Assembly (NCBI GenBank): GCA_964291285.2
Contig: OZ219787.1
Coordinates: 1,120,001 to 1,184,000 of the forward strand
Length of the DNA stretch: 64,000 nucleotides
Source of the DNA: Alphaproteobacteria bacterium
Lineage (GTDB): Bacteria > Pseudomonadota > Alphaproteobacteria > Bin95
Direction: 5' to 3'
Part shown: positions 55,145-64,000 of the stretch, one piece after another
Layout: each line of letters opens with the position of its first letter
Numbering within the stretch: the first letter of the stretch is position 1
Notes under the pieces: generated by a model
Told to the model about the DNA's origin: nothing
What the model saw: the letters and a program-made list of their open reading frames with translations, nothing else
Databases searched by the model: none
Translations under genes and position numbers: made by a program

Positions 55145-56245
55145 GTGGATGGAGGGGGAAATCCGCTGGCCGGCATCCGGGAGGAGCTTGCCGACGAATA
55201 TGCGCAGCCGACAGCGATGCCACAGCGCAGCGCACGCGCTCCGACCGCAGGGTGTCTATTCAGCGGCATGGGGGGATTTGCCTCCGGGCTGGTCGCCTCC
55301 GGCTTCACCGTCTCGTGGGCTTCCGACAACAATGCCGACGCGTGCGCCGCGTTCTCTCATCGCCATCCGGGCGTCCGCATCCTTCAATGTGATGTACAAG
55401 ATTTGCGAGCCGACGCTGACGGCCTTGCCCCAGTAGACGTCTTGGCCGCTGGCTTTCCGTGCCAAAGCTTCTCTCAGGCTGGCGGACGAAAGGGGTTTGA
55501 CGACGACCGAGGTAAAGCCTTTTTCGAAATACCCCGTCTACTCAGCGAGCTTGCGCCACAACATCGACCGAAGTTTTTGATTCTAGAGAATGTAGAGTAT
55601 ATCCTCTACGGCAATGATGGGCGCTGGTTTGATACCATCCAGCGCGAACTCCGCCGGGTCGGCTATTGGTTTCGCCGTCAATCCTGCTGGCAAGTCAATG
55701 TCAAGGATGCAACGGCTATTCCGCAGGACCGCTCTCGCGTCTTTATGGTTGCGGCTTCTCGCGAACACTATAGTCACAATCCGTTCAAACCTCCAATCAT
55801 TCAGGTAAATAGAGCAGCGACAGATGTAAACATATTCTTGGATCGTTCAAAAAGAGCGAATGACGATGATTATTTGCCAAAAGATAACAAATATTGTAAA
55901 ATGATAGAAACTAAAATACTGGAAGGAGAATCTTCTGAAAATTTATATCAATTGAGGCGATCTTATGTTCGAGAAAAAAGAGGGAAACAGTGCCCTACAT
56001 TAACGGCGAATATGGGAATTGGTGGCCATAATGTGCCATTCATCAAGGACTCGTGGGGTATTCGTCGCCTTACTGTAGAAGAAATTGCCCGGCTTCAAGG
56101 TTTTGATACTTCGGTTTCACTCTTTCCAGACTTAACGTCGCAGGCACAATATAGGTTGTTAGGAAATGCTGTCTGCCCAGAGCTTGCCCGTCTAGCAGCC
56201 AAAGAATGCTTTCCACACTTGACACTGGATGAGGAAATATCGTGA
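55145..56245 (+). CDS. dcm: DNA (cytosine-5) methyltransferase
   Basis: LFSGMGG, GFPCQSFS, ENV, PQDRSR, RLQGF, LGNAV; start uncertain (55145 or 55217). Confidence 0.93.
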   Translation: MDGGGNPLAGIREELADEYAQPTAMPQRSARAPTAGCLFSGMGGFASGLVASGFTVSWASDNNADACAAFSHRHPGVRILQCDVQDLRADADGLAPVDVLAAGFPCQSFSQAGGRKGFDDDRGKAFFEIPRLLSELAPQHRPKFLILENVEYILYGNDGRWFDTIQRELRRVGYWFRRQSCWQVNVKDATAIPQDRSRVFMVAASREHYSHNPFKPPIIQVNRAATDVNIFLDRSKRANDDDYLPKDNKYCKMIETKILEGESSENLYQLRRSYVREKRGKQCPTLTANMGIGGHNVPFIKDSWGIRRLTVEEIARLQGFDTSVSLFPDLTSQAQYRLLGNAVCPELARLAAKECFPHLTLDEEIS

Positions 56246-58185
56246 CAAGAATCGGATGGAAATTTCCCCCCACGGGTGGCGGAGTGGAAGGTGGTTACAA
56301 TCATGCCGGCATGACTCACTTCCAAGGTGCTAGATATCCAAGTCTGGCACGGGAAGTGATCCAAAATTCCCTTGATGCACGCAAATCCGAAGCCCGCCCC
56401 GTTCATGTGACTTTCGAGATTCAACAGCTTCTACGGGATCAGATGCCCGGCTATGAGGAGTTTCTGGATATAATTAATCGTTGTATTGAAGCATCTGACA
56501 ATGACGAAAGGGCACGATCTGAATTGGAATTAGAGAAGAAAGTAGTGCAGCGTAAAAAAATCATTTTTCTACGTATAGTGGATAGAGAAACAACAGGACT
56601 TAGTGGTAGTAAGTGGGCAGCGCTGTTGAAGAAGGAGGGATTGCCGGATAAAGAAAGTGCTACTGCGGGTGGCAGCTTCGGTATAGGAAAGAACGCTCCT
56701 TTTGCGATGTCACCATTGAGGACGGTGTATTACTGGTCTCGGTTTGAAGCGGGCTCGGAAGTGTTGGAGAAATTTCAGGGTAAGGCTATACTGATTTCGC
56801 ATCTAGATGATGATAAGGAGGATACACAGAGTATCGGGTTCTTTGGCAGTAAGGACAAATGCTTGGAACTTTCAGATGCACAAATCCCAGAAGCAATTCG
56901 TATGATAGAAACTCCGGACAGGGGAATAGGAACTTCTCTTTGGATACCGGGATTCGATGGGTCGGCAATTTGGAGAGATAAGATTGCCGGGAGTGTAGTG
57001 GAAAATTTCTTTTGTGCTGTTGACGAAGCGAAACTCGAGGTCTTGGTTGATTCAGATTCTTATACGACGACTGATCTTCTTTCTATTGAAGCAGCGAGCT
57101 TGGGAGATTGGTTTGAACATCTTGTTAACAATGAAGCCCATTCCGAGGACAATCTTCGTTTGAGGCGGGCGAGGGCATTTTGGGAAGTTATGAAGGCGCC
57201 GATGGTTATAAAAGAGAAAGAGGATAAGGATTTGGGCCATTGCAAGTTATGGATAACGGTGAGTGATAAATACGAAGATGTTGGACGTGTTGGATTAATT
57301 CGATTGAATGGGATGTTGATAACCGATCAGCAGGAGGGGTTACGGCAGTTTCGACGCACGATGCCGTTCGCGGCAGTATGTCGATTCGAGTCCGACAAGG
57401 GTAACGAGTTGCTTCGTGGGATGGAGAATCCGAGGCACGATCAGTTTCAGCCGGAATTTTTGCCGACGGAGGATCGCAGCCGCGGACGGGCAGCGCTCAC
57501 GCGGATTACGAGATGGATTCGGGAGGAGATCAACAAGGTAGCGATGCCAGAGGTAAGTGGTGAAGCGATTGCTATTACGGAACTCGCCAGGCTGCTCCCA
57601 GACCTCGAACCAGATGACGGTCTTGGCGCGGTGCCCAGCGAGGACGGAGAGCGACCGCTCGAAGGCGCGCCCCTTATTCAGCTAAAGCCAATTCGGCCGC
57701 CGCGTCAAAGGCAGGAGGTGCCGGACGACGGCGTGGTCGAGGGAGGCCAGGAGGAAGGCGACGACGAGAACGGCGGGACGGTAGGCGGCGGAGGGGGGAG
57801 TGACAATGGTGACGGTGGCGGAGAAACGGGGAGTGGGACAGAGACGCTTGTTTTCGGTCCTGTCCAAATTGAGAACAGTAGATGTTTGCCGTCGCCCGAG
57901 GATAAGAAACGGTTGCAAGTCCTGTTTACCCCTAAATCCCGCGGGACCGGCGCGTCTCTGTCGCTTGTAGAGGCGGGTGATTCGGATTTTATCCAAAGAA
58001 ATGATCTCCAAGTGGTAAAGCCGAACGGGGAAAGAGTAAAACTGTCGGAATTTCACCTCGAATTCATAGCCAATGAACGAGTGAGTATTTTGATCGAGGG
58101 CGACGAACCTGTTGCACAGCGTGCATGGCGGATCATGGTGAAGCAACCCAAGGAGCATAAGCCGGCCGCAGAGGGACAGAAATAA
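56242..58185 (+). CDS. GHKL (MutL/MORC-like) ATPase with acidic Gly-rich linker
   Basis: N-box REVIQNSLDA, DRETTGL, GGSFGIGKNA, GTSLWI. Confidence 0.75.
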   Translation: MTRIGWKFPPTGGGVEGGYNHAGMTHFQGARYPSLAREVIQNSLDARKSEARPVHVTFEIQQLLRDQMPGYEEFLDIINRCIEASDNDERARSELELEKKVVQRKKIIFLRIVDRETTGLSGSKWAALLKKEGLPDKESATAGGSFGIGKNAPFAMSPLRTVYYWSRFEAGSEVLEKFQGKAILISHLDDDKEDTQSIGFFGSKDKCLELSDAQIPEAIRMIETPDRGIGTSLWIPGFDGSAIWRDKIAGSVVENFFCAVDEAKLEVLVDSDSYTTTDLLSIEAASLGDWFEHLVNNEAHSEDNLRLRRARAFWEVMKAPMVIKEKEDKDLGHCKLWITVSDKYEDVGRVGLIRLNGMLITDQQEGLRQFRRTMPFAAVCRFESDKGNELLRGMENPRHDQFQPEFLPTEDRSRGRAALTRITRWIREEINKVAMPEVSGEAIAITELARLLPDLEPDDGLGAVPSEDGERPLEGAPLIQLKPIRPPRQRQEVPDDGVVEGGQEEGDDENGGTVGGGGGSDNGDGGGETGSGTETLVFGPVQIENSRCLPSPEDKKRLQVLFTPKSRGTGASLSLVEAGDSDFIQRNDLQVVKPNGERVKLSEFHLEFIANERVSILIEGDEPVAQRAWRIMVKQPKEHKPAAEGQK

Positions 58186-59036
58186 TGAGATACGATCCGA
58201 ACAAGATGTGGCAATACCCGGTTCTGAGACCGGAAAGCGACGATTATCCAACTTCCGAATTTCAAGCGACCATTGATCCTCAAAGAATGGAAAATTCCAC
58301 AGCGCTTCGAGTGACAGTGGATTTCGCTCTCGGTGATGCAAATTTGTCCAAGCTCATCGAAGATCGATTCGCGCAATACATAATACTCACTCGATGCTCT
58401 AAAACATATTTTCGACAAATGAATTCAACTAATTCTGGGCGATTGATATTCGATATTGCTGGTGACAGGATTTACGGTGAAATTGAAATTTCTCCTTACA
58501 TAATGGCAGTAGATGAAATATCGGAATTTCGCGCCAATAGCTGGCATGAAGATTATGATTTGCTGCCAACACCGCACCTTGAACCTGGTTCCGTTCTCGC
58601 TCTTGACACTCCAAGGCACTACTATATTGACAATGCAGAGGAGCAATCGGTTAATTCGATTATTGAAGTGCAACCGGGCAATCCTGAAAATGGCAGATGG
58701 GATTGCGATTTCGAGGGGGAGAGAGTCAAAATCACTATGTCGAATGAAGATTATGAAAAATTTCGTCGTGCTCGTCAAGAAAATTTAAGCGAGGAAGAAA
58801 AGGCATAGATATTGAATTCGATTTACTTTCCGGCTGTTTACCACATATTGGTCACAACGGACTCGGAAAAAAGTGTTTATGTGGAAAGACGCTGGTATCG
58901 CGCACTCGATAAACGTCTTGAGGAGATAAACGGAGGAACTTTGGGCCAAGACGGTAGAAATAGACTGGAAGATGCGCAACGCTTGTTGGAAAACCCCTTT
59001 TCTCGATTACCTTTTATAGCTGCGGATGCGCTATAA
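58185..59036 (+). pseudogene. Unknown protein with an in-frame TAG at 58806-58808
   Basis: ORFs 58185-58808 and 58812-59036 share a frame; the joined ORF is TAATG-coupled to both neighbours. Confidence 0.75.
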
Positions 59037-59797
59037 TGAAGATCGTGCAATACTATACCGATCAGGCCGTGGAGAGCTTGCGAGACGATATTGAAACGAA
59101 TCTCGACTGGTACTATACGGGAAAGGGGGTGCAACCCGCTCCTAAGAATCTTGAACGACCCGTTCGAGAAAGTCATTTTAGGATGGAGAATATTATGGAA
59201 GTTCTTGAAGTTTCTGAAGAAAATCCTTCTGAATTGGATAGTGGAAATGCGATTAGGTTATACGCAGCGCTTCCTCAAATGACCCCGAAAGTCGCCTCCA
59301 TGGAAAAGCTCTGGACACGACTGTCGCACGGTGAGGGCGCCGAGTACATTAGCAGGCGCTGGTTGGTAACACGCCCTGAAGACAACGAAAAGGCGGCGAA
59401 GGCTGTGCGAAATCATTTTTTCGCTAAGGGAAATCGAGGTGTTATTCGAGATAATGGTTTGTCGAGGCTCTGGTGGCTTGGTCATATAGCGCATCGGACA
59501 GACCGGGAGAATCCTGACCTGTTTTTGGATATTGTTTTGCATAGGCAAGATGTTCGTTCCGCACTGGTAGAACGCCCTTCTGTTGCAATGAATGAGGCGG
59601 TCCTGTGTGGGATATATTCCGTTATGAAAGAGAAATGGGCCGCATGTGGTAGGAAGGCTAAACTTTTTCAGCGCGATGTTTTTCGCGGCTGGATGATTGG
59701 GTTGAACCGGCGCGGGGGCATTGTGCTGTTAGACGCGCTGCCTGAAAAAGTGCTCAATAAGGTGTTGTGGGAGGAAGCAGAGGCAGCGGGTGCATGA
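59036..59797 (+). CDS. DUF6339-like protein
   Basis: DSGNAIRLY..MTP..AS.EKLW..LSH...YI.RRW...NGLSRLWW pattern (family recalled, not searched). Confidence 0.65.
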   Translation: MKIVQYYTDQAVESLRDDIETNLDWYYTGKGVQPAPKNLERPVRESHFRMENIMEVLEVSEENPSELDSGNAIRLYAALPQMTPKVASMEKLWTRLSHGEGAEYISRRWLVTRPEDNEKAAKAVRNHFFAKGNRGVIRDNGLSRLWWLGHIAHRTDRENPDLFLDIVLHRQDVRSALVERPSVAMNEAVLCGIYSVMKEKWAACGRKAKLFQRDVFRGWMIGLNRRGGIVLLDALPEKVLNKVLWEEAEAAGA

Positions 59798-60074
59798 CGG
59801 ATAACCTGTCACCCGAAGCGCGGGCGCGCTGCATGTCGCATATTCGGTCGGAGGGAATGCGGCCGGAGCGGGCGGTTCGGTCGTTGGTCCATCGAATGGG
59901 TTTTCGATTTCGTCTGCACCGGCGCGATTTGCCGGGCAAGCCCGATTTGGTTTTGCCGAGGCACAAGGCGGTGATCTTCGTTCACGGCTGTTTTTGGCAT
60001 TGGCATCCAGATGTAGAGTGCCCTATCGCCGGGTTGCCAAAATCGAATCTTGGCTACTGGCTGCCGAAGCTAAC

Positions 60075-62086
60075 CCGACTTCCGCAACTCGGCTTGAGAA
60101 TCGACTGATTTGACGGTTTTCCGGCGCGAGAAGTGTCGGATTTCGGTGCAGTACCTCTCGGGACCGGCTTGTAGTGCCGACCTACCCCCTTGATCGGGCT
60201 GGCGAAGATCCGGACGCTGCGCTGATGTTCGTGCGCTGCAAGAGACGCTTCAAGGACGGCAAGGAGCACCGCTACTGGAGCGTTGTGGAGAACGTCCGGG
60301 TCCACGGCGGTCGGGTTGTTCAGCGTCAGGTGCTCTATCTCGGGGAGATCAACGACAGCCAGCGAGCGGCGTGGTGCCGCTCGATCGAGGTGGTGGAGGG
60401 CAAGTCGCGATCACGGCAGATGGCGCTGTTTCCCGAGGACCGGGAGGCGCCGGCGCTGACTTGCGAAGTGGTGAAGATCGACCTCTCGCAGGTGGCGCTT
60501 CACGACCCGCGCCAGTGGGGGGCGTGCTGGCTGGCGCTGTCCTTGTGGGACCGCCTGGACCTGGACCGCTTCTGGGAAGAGCGGCTGCCGGCGAGCCGGC
60601 AAGGCACGCGGTGGCTGGACATCCTGAAGATCCAGGTCTGCTACCGGCTGATCGACCCGGGCAGCGAGTGGCGCCTTCACCGTCACTGGTATGAGCACAG
60701 CGCGCTTCGCGATCTTCTGGGTGGCGAGCGGGCGATCGCCGACGACACACTCTATCGCTGTCTCGACAAGCTGCTGGCGCACAAGCAGGGCTTCTTCTCG
60801 TTTCTGCGCGACCGCTGGGCGACGCTGTTCGAGGCGCGCTTCGACGTGCTGCTCTACGACCTGACCTCGACCTACTTCGAGAGCGATCCGCCGTTCGATG
60901 ACAAGCGCCGCTTCGGCTACAGCCGGGACAAGCGGCCCGACTGCGTGCAGGTGGTGATCGCCCTGATCGTTACGCCGCAGGGCTTTCCGCTGGCCTATGA
61001 GGTGATGCCGGGCAACACCTCCGACGACACCACGCTGGCGGCGTTCCTCAAGAAGATCGAGGATCAGTATGGCCGCTCCGAGCGGGTGTGGATCATGGAC
61101 CGCGGCATCCCCACCGAGGAGACGCTGGCCGCGATGCGCGAGGGCGAGGCGCCGGTGCGCTACCTGGTGGGCACGCCCAAGGGCCGGCTGACGCGGCTCG
61201 AGAAGGTGTTCCTGGGCCTGCCCTGGCAGGAGGTGCGCCAGTCCGTGACTGTCAAGCTTCTGGTCGAGGATGGCGAGCTCTACGTCCTGGTGCGCAGCGA
61301 GGGGCGGCAGGTGAAGGAACGCGGCATGCGCCGGCGCCGGCTGAAGAGGCTGTGGCGTCGATTGGCCGAGTTGCAAGGGCAGTCGAACAGCCGGGATCAG
61401 TTGTTGCTCAAGCTCGGCGCCGCCAGGAAGGAGGCCGGCCGGGCCTGGAGCCTGGTCGACATCACCGTGCCCGGGACCGACAGCGAACTCGCCGCCAACG
61501 GCTTCTCATTCCGCCTGCAGCGCGACCGGCTGCGCCAGGTCCGCCGCCGCGAGGGCCGTTACCTGCTGCGATCCAACATGGTCGCCGAAGACCCCGCCAC
61601 GCTGTGGCATCTGTACATGCAGCTCGTCGAGATCGAGCAGGCGTTCAAGGAACTCAAGCACGACCTCGCGATCCGCCCCATCTTCCATCAGCGCCAAGAG
61701 CGCATCGAGGCGCATATCTTCGTCTCGTTCATCGCCTACTGCCTGCTGGTGACCCTGAAGAACCTCGCCCGGCCGCGCGCCCCGGGCCTCACCCCACGCG
61801 CCATCCTTGAGGCCTTCGCCACCATCCAGATGGTGGACGTCCATCTGCCAACCACCGACGGCCGGCACCTCGTCCTGCCGCGCCACACCCGGCCGAACAA
61901 GGAGCACGAGCTACTGCTGCAACAGCTCGGCATGACCTGGCCGCAGCAACCCGCACCCCGGATCTCCGCCTGACGGCACACGGCGCCGCCTCTCCGTTCG
62001 CCGCCTTGTAGTGCCGACCCTCGGGGAGACGATCAAGGCTATTCAATGAGTTAGCATCCTCATGACCCCCGAGTTGCGGAAGTCGG
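60075..62086 (+). mobile_element. IS1634-family element
   Basis: Perfect 18-bp TIR CCGACTTCCGCAACTCGG; 6-bp TSD GCTAAC (60069-74 / 62087-92); subterminal CTTGTAGTGCCGACC at both ends. Confidence 0.95.
60225..61973 (+). CDS. IS1634 transposase
   Basis: YDLTSTYFE, GYSRDKRPD, MDRG, IEQAFKELK, RPIFH. Confidence 0.93.
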   Translation: MFVRCKRRFKDGKEHRYWSVVENVRVHGGRVVQRQVLYLGEINDSQRAAWCRSIEVVEGKSRSRQMALFPEDREAPALTCEVVKIDLSQVALHDPRQWGACWLALSLWDRLDLDRFWEERLPASRQGTRWLDILKIQVCYRLIDPGSEWRLHRHWYEHSALRDLLGGERAIADDTLYRCLDKLLAHKQGFFSFLRDRWATLFEARFDVLLYDLTSTYFESDPPFDDKRRFGYSRDKRPDCVQVVIALIVTPQGFPLAYEVMPGNTSDDTTLAAFLKKIEDQYGRSERVWIMDRGIPTEETLAAMREGEAPVRYLVGTPKGRLTRLEKVFLGLPWQEVRQSVTVKLLVEDGELYVLVRSEGRQVKERGMRRRRLKRLWRRLAELQGQSNSRDQLLLKLGAARKEAGRAWSLVDITVPGTDSELAANGFSFRLQRDRLRQVRRREGRYLLRSNMVAEDPATLWHLYMQLVEIEQAFKELKHDLAIRPIFHQRQERIEAHIFVSFIAYCLLVTLKNLARPRAPGLTPRAILEAFATIQMVDVHLPTTDGRHLVLPRHTRPNKEHELLLQQLGMTWPQQPAPRISA

Positions 62087-62309
62087 GCTAACTCGAACAA
62101 GAGAGCGCGACGGCATGAACCAACGAGCGCTCGAAGCAATGGGCTGGCGGGTGCTCACAATCTGGGAATGCTCTTTGCGGCAGCCCGACGCAGTAACCAA
62201 TGAAATCAGCTACTTCTTGAGTTCTGGATAGTCTGGTCGACCTCACCCCCACGCATCCTTCGAGGCCGTTGCCGCGCCCCGCCCGGCAGCCGTGACACGG
62301 CCGGCGGGC

Positions 62310-63926
62310 TCACCCCCGCGCATCCTCCAGCGCCATCGCCGCGCCTTTTTCGGCGATCATGATGGTGGGGCTGTTGGTGTTGCCGGAGGTGATCGCGGGC
62401 ATGACCGAGGCGTCGATCACGCGGAGGTTCTCCAGCCCGTGGACCTTCAGCCGGTCGGTCACCACGGCCCCGGGGTCTCCGCCCATGCGGCAGGTGCCGA
62501 CGGGGTGGAAGATCGTCGTGCCGATGGCGCCCGCGGCCCCGGCCAGCTCCGCGTCCGCCTCGAGCGCCGCGCCGGGGAGGAACTCCTCGGGCTCGTAGGG
62601 CGCCAGCGAGGGCGCGGCGGCGATGCGGCGCGTGAGGCGGATCGCGGCCACCGCCACCTGCCGGTCGGCCTCGGTCGAGAGGTAGTTGGGCGCGATCGCC
62701 GGCGGCGCCTCCGGGTCCGGCGATTTCAGGCCGACCGTCCCCCGGCTCTCCGGCCGGAGGTTGCACACCGACGCCGTGAAGGCGGGGAAGCGGTGCAGCG
62801 GCTCGCCGAAGCGGTCCAGCGACAGCGGCTGCACATGGTATTGCAGGTTCGCGGTCTCGCGCGCGGGGTCGGACTTCGCGAAGGCGCCCAACTGGCTCGG
62901 CGCCATGGTGAGCGGCCCGCGCCGGAAGAGCGCATATTCGAGCCCCATGCCGAGCTTGCCCCAGAGGCTGTTCGCGCGCCGGTTCAGGGTCTCGACATGC
63001 GCCACCCGGTAGATCAGGCGAAGCTGGAGATGGTCCTGGAGGTTGGCGCCGACGCCGGCGAGCTCGTGATGGACCGCGACGCCCTTCTCCCGCAGCAGCG
63101 CGCCCGGCCCGACGCCCGAGACCTGCAGGAGATGCGGCGAGCCGACGGCGCCCGCCGCCAGGATGAGCTCGCCCGCGACTTCGGCGCGCGCCGGCCGGCC
63201 CTTCAGGCGGAACTCCAGGCCCGCCGCGCGGGAGCCGTCGAACAGGATGCGCCGCGCCTGGGCGTGGGTCAGCACGGTCAGGTTGGGGCGGTCCTGCGCG
63301 GGCTTGAGGAAGGCGTCGGCGGCGGTCCAGCGCACGCCGCGGCGCTGGTTGACCATGAACTTGCCCGTGCCCTCATTGTCGCCGTCGTTGAAGTCCGGCG
63401 TCGGACGCAGGCCGATATCGGCGCAGGCGCGCTGGAAGGCGTCGAGGATCTCCCAGCCGGTGCGCGGCTCCTCCACCCGCCATTCGCCGTCCGCGCCGTG
63501 AAAGGCGTCGGCCGGGCCGAAATGGCGCTCCGACTTCCGGAACCAGGGCAGCACGTCGTCCCAGCCCCAGCCGCGGTTGCCGCTCTGCGCCCAGCCGTCA
63601 TAGTCGCGCGCCTGGCCGCGCATGTAGATCATGCCGTTGATCGCCGAGCAGCCGCCCAGCACCCGCCCGCGCGGATAGGCGAGGGCGCGCCCGTTCAGCC
63701 CCGCCTCGGCCTCGGTGGTGAAGCACCAGTCGGTGCGCGGGTTGTTCTGGGTGTAGAGATAGCCGACGGGGATTTTGATCCAGATGTAGTTGTCCCGGCC
63801 GCCCGCCTCCAGCAGCAGCACCCGGTTGCGGGGGTCCTCCGAGAGCCGGTTCGCCAGCACGCACCCCGCCGAGCCCGCGCCGACGATCACATAGTCGAAG
63901 CTGCCGACGCTGGCGGGCCCGGTCAT
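62310..63926 (-). CDS. GMC oxidoreductase (choline dehydrogenase-like)
   Basis: [56 protein letters not shown]. Confidence 0.93.
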   Translation of the reverse strand: MTGPASVGSFDYVIVGAGSAGCVLANRLSEDPRNRVLLLEAGGRDNYIWIKIPVGYLYTQNNPRTDWCFTTEAEAGLNGRALAYPRGRVLGGCSAINGMIYMRGQARDYDGWAQSGNRGWGWDDVLPWFRKSERHFGPADAFHGADGEWRVEEPRTGWEILDAFQRACADIGLRPTPDFNDGDNEGTGKFMVNQRRGVRWTAADAFLKPAQDRPNLTVLTHAQARRILFDGSRAAGLEFRLKGRPARAEVAGELILAAGAVGSPHLLQVSGVGPGALLREKGVAVHHELAGVGANLQDHLQLRLIYRVAHVETLNRRANSLWGKLGMGLEYALFRRGPLTMAPSQLGAFAKSDPARETANLQYHVQPLSLDRFGEPLHRFPAFTASVCNLRPESRGTVGLKSPDPEAPPAIAPNYLSTEADRQVAVAAIRLTRRIAAAPSLAPYEPEEFLPGAALEADAELAGAAGAIGTTIFHPVGTCRMGGDPGAVVTDRLKVHGLENLRVIDASVMPAITSGNTNSPTIMIAEKGAAMALEDARG

Positions 63927-64000
63927 GCCGCCTGCGTCGTGACGACGAGTCGTTCACCGAGCAGCCGAAGCGCGGCCTCGACCCGATCGATATGCGAACG

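Larger units (their letters stand above)
59794..62231 (+). pseudogene. vsr: Very short patch repair endonuclease, split by IS1634
   Basis: MSHIRS..PE, LPGKPD, FVHGCFWH..YWLPKL | TRTRERD..GWRVLTIWEC restored by removing the IS and one TSD. Confidence 0.92.

Noticed and set aside
58806-58808. Pyrrolysine or programmed amber recoding
   Set aside because: No pyl genes in the window, and TAG is used as a normal stop elsewhere

Overview
High-GC alphaproteobacterial chromosome segment, inferred from dapF-mtaB-ftsY and cimA-trmJ synteny and from GTTC-N7-GTTC-type LexA boxes. Housekeeping and catabolic genes are interleaved with many mobile and defence-like genes. I could delimit seven IS elements from their ends: an IS1595 carrying a methyltransferase-nuclease passenger; two apparently identical IS110 recombinase elements whose bridge-RNA guides can be read from the sequence (one has an IS256 inserted in its bridge RNA); that IS256; an IS21 carrying a Zn-finger ORF and a degenerate Toprim ORF; an IS5; and an IS1634 that splits vsr. 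Defence-like content includes a Type IIG/ISP-like R-M gene followed by a HEPN-motif ORF, an HNH-like ORF, and several toxin-antitoxin modules. There are two best candidates for an undescribed system. The first is a translationally coupled five-gene operon, Dcm - GHKL(MORC-like) ATPase - unknown - DUF6339-like - Vsr (55145-62231), damaged here by a nonsense codon and an IS. The second is a set of three divergent IS630-derived HTH-only genes with no DDE domain, each behind a LexA-box promoter; two share a Met-Thr-stop mini-ORF leader, and both IS110 copies inserted into leaders of that type. All family calls come from motif recognition by eye; no database searches were run.
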